A stretch of 64,000 nucleotides of DNA, from positions 6,028 through 70,027 of IMG/VR virus record IMGVR_UViG_3300018013_000001, one strand, 5' to 3'. Positions 26,595-34,808 of the stretch are shown here, one piece after another (position 1 is the first letter of the stretch; every line of letters begins with the position of its first letter). The notes beneath the pieces are model-generated. The model ran no database searches, was not told the DNA's origin, and saw only the letters and a program-made list of their open reading frames with translations. The position numbers were made by a program, and so were the translations under genes. Source of the DNA: a virus.

Positions 26595-28725
26595 CTTCGG
26601 AGAGAGACTTGGAAGGTTCGCCAAAACCCCTCCCGAAGAAGACTGCAAGCTCAGCATCCTAGAAGGCTCCGTCCGGTCAGGCAAAACTTGGGCACAGCAT
26701 GCTAAGATTCTTTGGGGCTGCCGGTACAACGTCGCCGGATGGAAGGTTCTCACTGGAGTAACCAAAGACACCGTTTTCAAGAATGTGCTCAACGATCTGT
26801 TCTCTTTGATCGGTCCCCACAGGTACTCTTACAACCATCAATCCGGGCTGCTGAGAATCGACCGCTCGACATGGACGGTGATGGGAGCGAAGGACGAGGG
26901 CTCGGAGAAGTTCATCCGCGGGTTGACCGTTGGTTACGTGGTCTGCGACGAGCTCTCGCTGATGCCCTTCGAATTCCTTCAAATGCTCATCACGCGCATG
27001 TCGCCGGAGGGGGCGCGGCTCTACGGCAGCACCAACGCTGACACGCCTCTTCATCCTCTGAGGACAGAGATCCTGGACAACCAGAAGCTGACGGACGCCG
27101 GGCTGCTGTACTCGATGCATTGCACGATGGACGATAATCCGAATCTCACGGAAGAGTACAAAAAATCTCAGGAGCTTCTGTACACTGGGCTTTTCTATCA
27201 GCGCTACATCAAGGGCTTGTGGGTGATGGCCGAGGGCGTGATCTACAGAGACGCGTGGAAAGACGAGAGCACGTTCACGGACAAAGACTTGCCTGTCGGC
27301 TTGATGTGGGGCGGACAGACTCGTGAGCGCGTTATCTCGGTCGATTACGGAACGGTGAACCCGAACGTGTTTCTGGATTGGCGCGATGATGGAGTGACGG
27401 CCTGGTGCTACAATGAAAAACGTTGGGATTCCGCCAAAGAGATGAAACAGAAGACGGATTCTGAGCTTGCCGACGACTTGTACGAGTTCACGGAGCATGA
27501 CCAATCTCCTCAGATCGTGGTCGATCCCAGCGCGGCCAGCTTCAAGCAGGAGCTGACGAACCGAGGCTGGTGGGTGACGGATGCCGTGAACGACGTTCAG
27601 TCTGGCATTTCAAAAACTTCCACCGCGCTGGCCAAAGGTGTGATAAGGTTTCACCGTGACAACTGCAAGGCGACGATCGCCGAGTTCCAAACATACGCCT
27701 GGGACCCTAAGAGGGCGCTGCGCGGGATCGAGGAGCCAATTAAATCTGGCGATCATGGATGTTTTATAGCAGGAACGAAAATCATGACTCCTGATGGCGA
27801 AAGAAATATTGAAGAGTTCCGTGCCGGAGATCGTGTCCTTACTCCCCTCGGTCAGTGTAAAGTCCTTACAGTCCGAGAAATTCCCGACCAGCAGATTGTC
27901 GAGTGGCATCGCTTGCGAGGACTGCCGAATCATCCAATCGCTACGAGAAAAGGCTGGACAAGGATTGATGCCACGAGATATAATGAGCAAGTATGCGAGT
28001 GGAATCCAGAACATTCAACGGTATCATTTTCAGGCGCTATCCAGAAGCTAAAGACTGGTCTAGCCGCAATTATTTCAGGCCGAGCCAGGTTCATGGTCGT
28101 AAGAGAGTGGAGAGCCTTCACCGGGAAGTGTGGAAAAAATATCATGGTGCTATTCCAAAAGGCTATGATGTTCATCACGCGGATGATGATACCGGAAACA
28201 ATGACATCACCAATCTGGAATTGTTGCCCGGGCCTATTCATGATTCGCTTTCTGGAAAGAAAGCATCTCATGATTTCGAGCACCTTGCCAGAATACGGCC
28301 ACTGGCTAAAGCATGGCACGCATCACCAGAAGGATTGGACTGGCATCGAGATCATGGGAAAGAAGCGATGCAAAAACGCAAGGCTGTTGGATTCATCTGT
28401 CAGAACTGCGGTGCGCATTTTCTTTCGAAACAGCGCGGCGAATGCGCTAAATTCTGCTCTAACAAGTGCAAGTCGGCTGCCAGGCGTAAATCGGGCGTGG
28501 ACGATGTTCCCAAGATTTGCGCGACATGCAGCGAGACTTTCCTCGCTAATAAATATCAAAGAATCCTCAATTGTCCAAAGTGCCGTTAAAGATGCTGGCA
28601 GAGCAAGTGTCTTTGCACTGAGAACGGAGCATGGGTGCTATTATGCGAATGGCATCCTTGTTAGCAATTGTGACGCGGCCAGATATTTCTGTGCCACCAA
28701 GATTCCGGTCTGGCGGCTGATGTGA
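26575..28725 (+). CDS. terL: Terminase large subunit containing an intein
   Basis: EGSVRSGKT Walker A, VCDEL Walker B, SVDYGTVNP, VDPSA, and DHG-[intein]-CDAARY. Confidence 0.92.
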   Translation: MSSQRLNFGERLGRFAKTPPEEDCKLSILEGSVRSGKTWAQHAKILWGCRYNVAGWKVLTGVTKDTVFKNVLNDLFSLIGPHRYSYNHQSGLLRIDRSTWTVMGAKDEGSEKFIRGLTVGYVVCDELSLMPFEFLQMLITRMSPEGARLYGSTNADTPLHPLRTEILDNQKLTDAGLLYSMHCTMDDNPNLTEEYKKSQELLYTGLFYQRYIKGLWVMAEGVIYRDAWKDESTFTDKDLPVGLMWGGQTRERVISVDYGTVNPNVFLDWRDDGVTAWCYNEKRWDSAKEMKQKTDSELADDLYEFTEHDQSPQIVVDPSAASFKQELTNRGWWVTDAVNDVQSGISKTSTALAKGVIRFHRDNCKATIAEFQTYAWDPKRALRGIEEPIKSGDHGCFIAGTKIMTPDGERNIEEFRAGDRVLTPLGQCKVLTVREIPDQQIVEWHRLRGLPNHPIATRKGWTRIDATRYNEQVCEWNPEHSTVSFSGAIQKLKTGLAAIISGRARFMVVREWRAFTGKCGKNIMVLFQKAMMFITRMMIPETMTSPIWNCCPGLFMIRFLERKHLMISSTLPEYGHWLKHGTHHQKDWTGIEIMGKKRCKNARLLDSSVRTAVRIFFRNSAANALNSALTSASRLPGVNRAWTMFPRFARHAARLSSLINIKESSIVQSAVKDAGRASVFALRTEHGCYYANGILVSNCDAARYFCATKIPVWRLM
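27760..28668 (+). mobile_element. Intein (303 aa) in the TerL nuclease active-site motif
   Basis: Begins CFIAGTKIMTPDGERNIEE..GDRVLT, has block B (NHPI) and ends VFALRTEHGCYYANGILVSN followed by extein Cys. Removal restores DHG-CDA. Confidence 0.92.
27993..28589 (+). CDS. HNH homing endonuclease with C-terminal zinc fingers, nested out of frame within the intein
   Basis: LHREVWKKYHGAIPKGYDVHHADDDTGNNDITNLELL (HNH_3-like), then CQNC, CSNKC, CATC, CPKC. Confidence 0.85.
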   Translation: MRVESRTFNGIIFRRYPEAKDWSSRNYFRPSQVHGRKRVESLHREVWKKYHGAIPKGYDVHHADDDTGNNDITNLELLPGPIHDSLSGKKASHDFEHLARIRPLAKAWHASPEGLDWHRDHGKEAMQKRKAVGFICQNCGAHFLSKQRGECAKFCSNKCKSAARRKSGVDDVPKICATCSETFLANKYQRILNCPKCR

Positions 28726-28734
28726 GGCGTTGAC

Positions 28735-30267
28735 ATGCCGAAAGCCAAGAAGCACAAGAAGCAAACTCCCTCCAAGAAATCTCCAGCCATCGTTCAATCT
28801 CTTGATTCCAGGGACGGCCTGTCCGTTGGCTTCGATTACTTCCGCAACCTCGCGGCCAGGATGGGCTATGGCACGCCGTCGCTTGCCGAGGGCACAGAAT
28901 ACGAGATGGTCAGGCTGAGCAACGATTACTGGCTCATGCTGACCCTGTACCGAAACCATTGGATCTCGCGGCGCATCGTCGATCTTCCTTCTGACGACAT
29001 GACCAAGTCGTGGTGCCATCTCACTTCCCAGCTCCCCCCTGATGACATACAGAAGTTTGATCGCGTGGTAGAGCGGACGTTCACGCCGCTGAAGATCAAC
29101 CAAGCTATCAAATGGTCTAGACTGTACGGCGGTGCAGGTGCGCTGATTCTCGTCAAGGGGCATGAGAGTAAGCTGGCGGAGCCCCTGGACTTGGACGAGG
29201 TGAATCCGGGAAGTTATCTGGGCTTGATTCCCTTTGACAGGTGGAGCGGAATCTGGCCGAAGGGGAACGTTGCTCAGGACATCGAGCGTCCGCTCGAATG
29301 GGGATTGCCTGAAATGTATGAAGTTACTCCGCCGGGCGGATCGGTCACGTATGACGTTCACACGAGCCGCATCCTCAGATTCACCGGACCGGAAGTTCCG
29401 AAACCCGAGAACCAAGCGCAACTGTACTGGGGCATCTCCGTTCTTGAGATTGTGTACGAGGAACTGCGCAAGCGGGACAACGCCTCGTGGTCGATCCTGC
29501 AACTTCTTTTTCGAGCTCAGATTCTTGCTCAGCGCAACAAGGAACTAGCCCAACTTTTGTCGGGCGTAGGCATGAGCCAAAAGGCGCTCCAGATGTTCGA
29601 GGCGCGCATGAACGCTCAGAACCAGCTCCTGTCGAACCAATCCATGCTCATTCTGGGAGAGGACGGCGAACTTCAGAGCCATCAGTTCACGTTCAGTGGT
29701 CTGGCCGAAGTTTACGCTCAGTTTCAGATGGATGTGGCAGGAGCAGCGGAGATTCCGGTCACGCGGTTGTTCGGGCGCACGATCACGGGCCTCGGGCAGT
29801 CGAACGATGCCGACGAGCGCATCTACGAGGAGAAAATCGCGCACGAGCAGCAGGACAAGCTGAAGCCGCAGCTCACCAAGCTCTATCCCGTGATCTGCAT
29901 GAGCGTGCTGGGGGAAGTGCCGGACGACCTGGACTTCAAGTTTCCGTCTGTGCGCGTGTTGACCGAGGAGGACAAGTCGGAGATGACGACCAAGGCGTCA
30001 GCTCCCATCATCGCCTCATACAACGCTGGCATCACGGGTCGCAAGACGACTCTCAAGGAGCTTCGCGAGCTATCCGACAAGACGGGCGTGTTCACCAACA
30101 TCACGGACGAGCAGATCGACAAGGCAGAAGAGGAGCCGGAGCTGCCGGGAGAAGGCATGGAGGGGGAGTTTAGCCGGGTCAACCCGCAGCGCGAGGAGAG
30201 GAAGCTGGCGCAAGGAGCGATGGATTCGGAACCATCGAAGACCGACACTGTTGAGACGCGAGATTGA
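28735..30267 (+). CDS. Portal protein (DUF1073-type)
   Basis: LYRNHWISRRIVD, WSRLYGG, WGISVLE, AGAAEIPVTRLFG; follows TerL. Confidence 0.9.
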   Translation: MPKAKKHKKQTPSKKSPAIVQSLDSRDGLSVGFDYFRNLAARMGYGTPSLAEGTEYEMVRLSNDYWLMLTLYRNHWISRRIVDLPSDDMTKSWCHLTSQLPPDDIQKFDRVVERTFTPLKINQAIKWSRLYGGAGALILVKGHESKLAEPLDLDEVNPGSYLGLIPFDRWSGIWPKGNVAQDIERPLEWGLPEMYEVTPPGGSVTYDVHTSRILRFTGPEVPKPENQAQLYWGISVLEIVYEELRKRDNASWSILQLLFRAQILAQRNKELAQLLSGVGMSQKALQMFEARMNAQNQLLSNQSMLILGEDGELQSHQFTFSGLAEVYAQFQMDVAGAAEIPVTRLFGRTITGLGQSNDADERIYEEKIAHEQQDKLKPQLTKLYPVICMSVLGEVPDDLDFKFPSVRVLTEEDKSEMTTKASAPIIASYNAGITGRKTTLKELRELSDKTGVFTNITDEQIDKAEEEPELPGEGMEGEFSRVNPQREERKLAQGAMDSEPSKTDTVETRD

Positions 30268-30273
30268 ACGCAC

Positions 30274-30495
30274 ATGCCCAAGCGCCGCATGTGCCGTAAG
30301 TGCGGGAAGCACCGGGCGATCTTCTGGCTCGGGCGTCTGGGGCACAGGCGCAAGGTGGCGGCGGACAAAGACCACGACCTGTGCATAGCGTGCTGGCGCG
30401 CGGCGCTGAACAAGGAATACTCCACGGAACTTCGTGAAGCTTACCAATCGGACTCCGCACGAGATAAATTAGAATCGCTGAAACTTTACTCTTGA
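30274..30495 (+). CDS. Small zinc-finger hypothetical protein
   Basis: CRKC...HDLCIAC. Confidence 0.55.
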   Translation: MPKRRMCRKCGKHRAIFWLGRLGHRRKVAADKDHDLCIACWRAALNKEYSTELREAYQSDSARDKLESLKLYS

Positions 30496-30520
30496 CATTC
30501 CAAAGCGCTTTGGATATATT
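30492..30520 (+). promoter_or_regulatory. Sigma70 promoter with a perfect 16-bp operator in the spacer
   Basis: TTGACA, 17 nt, TATATT; palindrome TCCAAAGCGCTTTGGA at 30499-30514. Confidence 0.75.
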
Positions 30521-30526
30521 CGCGTC

Positions 30527-30673
30527 ATGGCTAAAAATCCTCACGCGGTTGCCTTGGGTCGCAGGGGTGGGAAATCAAAGAGTGAAGCAAAGTTACGTGC
30601 GGTCCGTGAGAACGCTAAGAAGGGGGGAAGGCCAAAGAGAAAATTAAGAGGGAGCAGCGACAATGCAAACTAA
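30527..30673 (+). CDS. Small basic putative DNA-binding protein (48 aa, probably leaderless)
   Basis: Manual translation MAKNPHAVALGRRGGKSKSEAKLRAVRENAKKGGRPKRK... Confidence 0.7.
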   Translation: MAKNPHAVALGRRGGKSKSEAKLRAVRENAKKGGRPKRKLRGSSDNAN

Positions 30674-31451
30674 ACTTGTAACTGTGAGTCCAAAGATGGC
30701 CATGGAGTTTTTAAGCGTGAACGTACTCAACAGGCCAATCAGAGAATCCCTGGTCAGGTTATACGCCAGCGACATGAAAGAAGGTAGATGGAGAGTCACG
30801 CATCAGGGCATTGCCTTCGATGAAGACAACAATCTTTTGGACGGTCAGCAACGGCTAAGCGCCATAATCTTGGCCGGAGTTTCAATTCAAATGCTGGTCA
30901 CTTATGGCGTTCCGCGCTTTCACAATGAAGGCATCGACATTGGAGCGAGGAGGAACTTTGCCGACACTGCCTGGTTTATGGGTAGGCTTAATGGCAATTC
31001 TGAATATCGTAAATGGTACGGAATTGTCGCTAGGGGGATGCATGTCGCCGCCTTTACTGGTCGTGTTCTTAGCTTTTCGATTCCGGCAGTTCTTGAATGG
31101 GCTAAGAAACATGACTCGGCAATCACTTTTGCTTTGGAAACGTTCTCAAGACCGCATCAGTTCCCGGTTCACGTGAAGTGCCAACAGACGCTAGGTTCAG
31201 TTGCGAGAGCATTCTATAGTCAAGATCACCCTAGGCTCAACTCGTTCGCAAACGTTTTGGCTACCGGCATGCCGGAATCTGAAGACGATGTGGCAGCCAT
31301 CAAACTAAGAAACTATCTTATCCAGGGGACGGCTGATTATCGCCAGCTTCGCGCTCGCAAATGCGCCCGTGCTCTTATGGCTTTCTGTGTGAGAGAACGG
31401 CTCACTAAGCTCTATGATCCTGGCGATCCTGTGTTTGAAATTCCTGAGTGA
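30663..31451 (+). CDS. ParB/Srx-like (DGQHR-type) domain protein
   Basis: NRPIR...YASDM..GRW...QGIAFD...LLDGQQRLSAI. Confidence 0.8.
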   Translation: MQTKLVTVSPKMAMEFLSVNVLNRPIRESLVRLYASDMKEGRWRVTHQGIAFDEDNNLLDGQQRLSAIILAGVSIQMLVTYGVPRFHNEGIDIGARRNFADTAWFMGRLNGNSEYRKWYGIVARGMHVAAFTGRVLSFSIPAVLEWAKKHDSAITFALETFSRPHQFPVHVKCQQTLGSVARAFYSQDHPRLNSFANVLATGMPESEDDVAAIKLRNYLIQGTADYRQLRARKCARALMAFCVRERLTKLYDPGDPVFEIPE

Positions 31452-31505
31452 AGTAGCGTCAGCAGCAGTGCGCGCCAAATCTGAGTAACTTGAGGAGAGG
31501 ATGAA

Positions 31506-32402
31506 ATGAAACGCCGCAATTTCTTCGCATCAATGTTGGGTTCTATCTCGTGTATCCCAGGATTTTCGTCCATCGCATCGGTTGTGCCGGGCAGTTCGCA
31601 GATAAGCCGAAAGGAGTTTCACGATCAATTCTTCAAAAACTCAAACGCCATAGCACTGAGTTTTGGCTCGGCTGACAATCGGCTGTATTCGAACTCCCGT
31701 GTTGAGCACAAGGATGAGAGCATGAAATTCACCAAGCTACGTTGTCGCCTAGCATTTGCCATTTGGAATCCTGCCCTGACTCACGTAGAGTTGGAGGGCA
31801 TTCACGTCGATGACGGGTCTTCGCCATTCATTAGTTTGGAGATAGGGCATTCTGCGGCAGTCTACAAGCAGGATGGAGACTATGACTGGCAGAATCTGGA
31901 TAACTTCGTTGATTTTAAAAGTGAGCACTGCCCTCTCAGGGATGCGAATTGGAGAATGTTCACACAAATTATTAAGGACTTTCAATCAAGGGGTTCTGCT
32001 GAAACTGGCAACCCTCTACAAATTCAGGCCCTCAACTGGATTCGATCAATCGAAGTCGGAAGTCTTAAGTTGGATCGAACCAACTTCTATTCTTGGCAGC
32101 ATGTGGTGAACGGGAAACCTGGATTGGATTACGGCGTTCAGGCCTTCTTCATTGGCCAGTCCTTGCACTACAAAGTTGACATCGAATACCGAGGGATTTC
32201 AGAAAAGCCAAAAATCTGTTGCTTTATGAGCGAACCTGATACTTCCAAAATGGATTTCATGGGCGGCTACGAGGAACTTTCTCCGAAAAGCAGGAGCACC
32301 GTAGAAGACTGGATTTCCGGCCACGAGAAATGGTATTTAGAAAGGCGTGAAGATGCACGTGAGTCTATGAATGATAACACTGCATCAGATGTGTTAAGCT
32401 AA
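31506..32402 (+). CDS. Hypothetical protein with twin-arginine-like N-terminus
   Basis: MKRRNFFASML; GAGGAG RBS; lower GC. Confidence 0.6.
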   Translation: MKRRNFFASMLGSISCIPGFSSIASVVPGSSQISRKEFHDQFFKNSNAIALSFGSADNRLYSNSRVEHKDESMKFTKLRCRLAFAIWNPALTHVELEGIHVDDGSSPFISLEIGHSAAVYKQDGDYDWQNLDNFVDFKSEHCPLRDANWRMFTQIIKDFQSRGSAETGNPLQIQALNWIRSIEVGSLKLDRTNFYSWQHVVNGKPGLDYGVQAFFIGQSLHYKVDIEYRGISEKPKICCFMSEPDTSKMDFMGGYEELSPKSRSTVEDWISGHEKWYLERREDARESMNDNTASDVLS

Positions 32403-32407
32403 TCGGC

Positions 32408-33241
32408 ATGGAGCCGAAGGATTGGACCCCGCGACAACGGATCGAGAACGAGTACCGAAGCCTGATCGACCAACTCCTGCAAAAATACTTCACTCTGCCT
32501 GACTCGGCCACGCTCGGGGAGATCACCGAGGCGCTGGTCAATTTCGGGAACGTGTCCCGCTTGTTCGAGGATGCGGCCACGTACATCGCCTCGCGGATGG
32601 CGACGCAGCTAATGGTCAGCAACGCTCGCTCTTGGCGCGAGGCGGCACGCATCGGGAGCCGCGGAAGGGAAATCTACAACGCTCTGCGGAGGGAAATGGG
32701 CACGAGGGTTGGAGTGCGCGTTGACGAGATCGTGCGAGAGAACGCTCAACTGATCTCGTCCATCCCTTTTGATGTGCGGGAGTCAGTGAACGGTGAGATC
32801 GCCCGCATGGAGCGCGAGGGGTTGCGGCCTGAAGCCATCGCCAATGAGATTCGGCAGCGCGTGCCGGAGTTGACAAAGACGCGGGCCAAGCTCATCGCCA
32901 GGACCGAGACATCGAAGGCGGCCACGGCGCTGACCCAGGCGCGAAGCGAGGACTTGGGGATTCCCGCCTATGTGTGGGAGACCAGCCGGGATGCCAGGGT
33001 GAGAGAATCGCACATGCTCATGCAGGGCGTGATCGTGTTCTGGATTGATCCTCCGGCGCCTGAGAGTTTGGCGCGCATCCCATCGAAGCTCGGTCACTAT
33101 CATGCAGGCAACTGTCCGAACTGCCGATGTGACAGTTATCCCATCCTCAGGATTGAATCACTAGATTGGCCATGCAGAGTCTACAGGCAGGGCCGTATCC
33201 GGTCGATGACTCTGGCGAGATTCAGGGCGCTGACCGTTTAG
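32408..33241 (+). CDS. Head morphogenesis protein (SPP1 gp7 / Mu gpF family)
   Basis: RAKLIARTETSK, YVWETSRDARVRESH, HAG..NCRC. Confidence 0.9.
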   Translation: MEPKDWTPRQRIENEYRSLIDQLLQKYFTLPDSATLGEITEALVNFGNVSRLFEDAATYIASRMATQLMVSNARSWREAARIGSRGREIYNALRREMGTRVGVRVDEIVRENAQLISSIPFDVRESVNGEIARMEREGLRPEAIANEIRQRVPELTKTRAKLIARTETSKAATALTQARSEDLGIPAYVWETSRDARVRESHMLMQGVIVFWIDPPAPESLARIPSKLGHYHAGNCPNCRCDSYPILRIESLDWPCRVYRQGRIRSMTLARFRALTV

Positions 33242-33525
33242 ATTTCCAGGCGGTCGCGGATGTCCAGGATCGCGTTCGCCAGTCTGACGATCATGAAATT
33301 ATGATCCTCGATGCGATTAGCTAGAGGAACAAACTGCGGCTCTGGGCTTTTTCCCTCGGTGCTTTCTTTATTCCGAAGGATCGGGCTTAGACGCTCTTCT
33401 AAACAGCCCAAGACCTCCTGAGCGCCTTCGAGCGCGTTTTGTTGCCTGTCTAGCGCGGCGATCACTTGCTTTTCGGGTGTCTCATCAACTGCTGCATCTC
33501 TCATCACTTTAGATTTGTTCTTCAT
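33238..33525 (-). CDS. Hypothetical coiled-coil protein
   Basis: AAGGAG RBS on the - strand. Confidence 0.65.
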   Translation of the reverse strand: MKNKSKVMRDAAVDETPEKQVIAALDRQQNALEGAQEVLGCLEERLSPILRNKESTEGKSPEPQFVPLANRIEDHNFMIVRLANAILDIRDRLEI

Positions 33526-33545
33526 GTTAAGTCTCCTTTGTGATT

Positions 33546-33764
33546 TCAGAATTTGATTTCCTCTCTCTTGGCCATATCCCTCACGGCGAGTTCCAAAACG
33601 TGAGTTCTTCCCACGCCGAGCTTCTTTGCTAACGTTATGATGATCGTCTGCGCTTCGATGCTCAAGCGGAAGTGCTGCATCGACCGCTCGCTCAGGCTGA
33701 TGCGGTGTGGGATCATGATTGGTTTTGGTGGTTTCGGGCGGATCGAATCAGGTTGGTTATTCAT
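33546..33764 (-). CDS. Ribbon-helix-helix-like regulator
   Basis: QHFRLSIEA..II..LAKKLGVGRTHVLELAVR; extended -10 (TGGTATATT) 7 nt before the ATG. Confidence 0.65.
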   Translation of the reverse strand: MNNQPDSIRPKPPKPIMIPHRISLSERSMQHFRLSIEAQTIIITLAKKLGVGRTHVLELAVRDMAKREEIKF

Positions 33765-33879
33765 CTGAGACAATATACCACACAAGTCAAATACAAATTC
33801 TAAAGATTGTGAATTGCGGCGTCGCCTTTGCGCTTGCATCGTCCAAAAGCGGTGTATGGTAGATACGTTGGAGGAACGA

Positions 33880-34533
33880 ATGGACCCATCACCTACCCAG
33901 GTTCTCTGTCAGGTTCCCGGCGAATCAGCCACTCCTCAATACCTTCCGTTGTCAGAGGTGACGCGCGCGGTCGTGAAGACCGCGGCGAACCCGTACGTCG
34001 CCACCATCGCGGACGAGACGATCTTGTGTTGCGGGCTCTCCAATCAGGTCGTCACTCTGCCCACGGGCCCCGGCGTTCCCGTCGGAAAGACGTTCACGAT
34101 CAAGGTGGTCGGTGCCGGAGTTCCCGTCAACGTCTGGGCTGCTCCTGACCCGGCGGGCGACAACGTCCCGATAGACGAATGGCAGGTCGCTTGGCCGAAT
34201 GGAGGCAATTTTCAGCTTTGGAACGCTCCGTCCACCACTCAGAACGGAAGCGCGGTCACTCTGCGATGGGCAGGCCGCTACGTTTACGACGGCGTGATGA
34301 GCTCCACCGCCGCTCAGACGCATCTGAAATCCGCGAGCGCCGCGTTCACCGCCGACGACGTGGGAAGCGTGGTGAGAGTTGCGGGAGCGGGCGCGGGCGG
34401 CATCGATCTCATGGCCACCATATCGAGCCTAGTGAGCGCAACTGAGGTCGTCTTGGGCGGTTCATGCGCCACCACGGTGGCTGCGGCCCGTGTCAGCGTC
34501 GGAGCGCAGTACTGGGTGGTCGGCAAGGTCTAG
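33880..34533 (+). CDS. Putative virion decoration protein (beta-rich)
   Basis: GGAGG RBS; VTLP...GKTFTIK motif; C-terminal domain shared with the tail sheath. Confidence 0.6.
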   Translation: MDPSPTQVLCQVPGESATPQYLPLSEVTRAVVKTAANPYVATIADETILCCGLSNQVVTLPTGPGVPVGKTFTIKVVGAGVPVNVWAAPDPAGDNVPIDEWQVAWPNGGNFQLWNAPSTTQNGSAVTLRWAGRYVYDGVMSSTAAQTHLKSASAAFTADDVGSVVRVAGAGAGGIDLMATISSLVSATEVVLGGSCATTVAAARVSVGAQYWVVGKV

Positions 34534-34564
34534 GTTCCACGTAGAACGTCGAAGGTTTTGATTC

Positions 34565-34807
34565 ATGCCACTAAAGCAAGGCAGTTCGCAGGAAACGATC
34601 AGCCAGAACATCGCGACTGAGATCAGGCACGGGCACGATCCCAAGCAGGCGGCCGCGATTGCTTATGCTACGGCTCGCAAGGCAAAGGATTGTGATGCTG
34701 GCAAGTGCGGCATAGACGCCATCGTGGGTCAGTATCCGGTCCACAACGCCACGGGCATCCAGTGGCCTGTGACGGAAGGAACAGAAGTGCCTGGGAGCAA
34801 GAAGTGA
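34565..34807 (+). CDS. Small conserved head-module protein
   Basis: [19 protein letters not shown]...KQAAAIAY motif. Confidence 0.7.
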   Translation: MPLKQGSSQETISQNIATEIRHGHDPKQAAAIAYATARKAKDCDAGKCGIDAIVGQYPVHNATGIQWPVTEGTEVPGSKK

Positions 34808-34808
34808 G

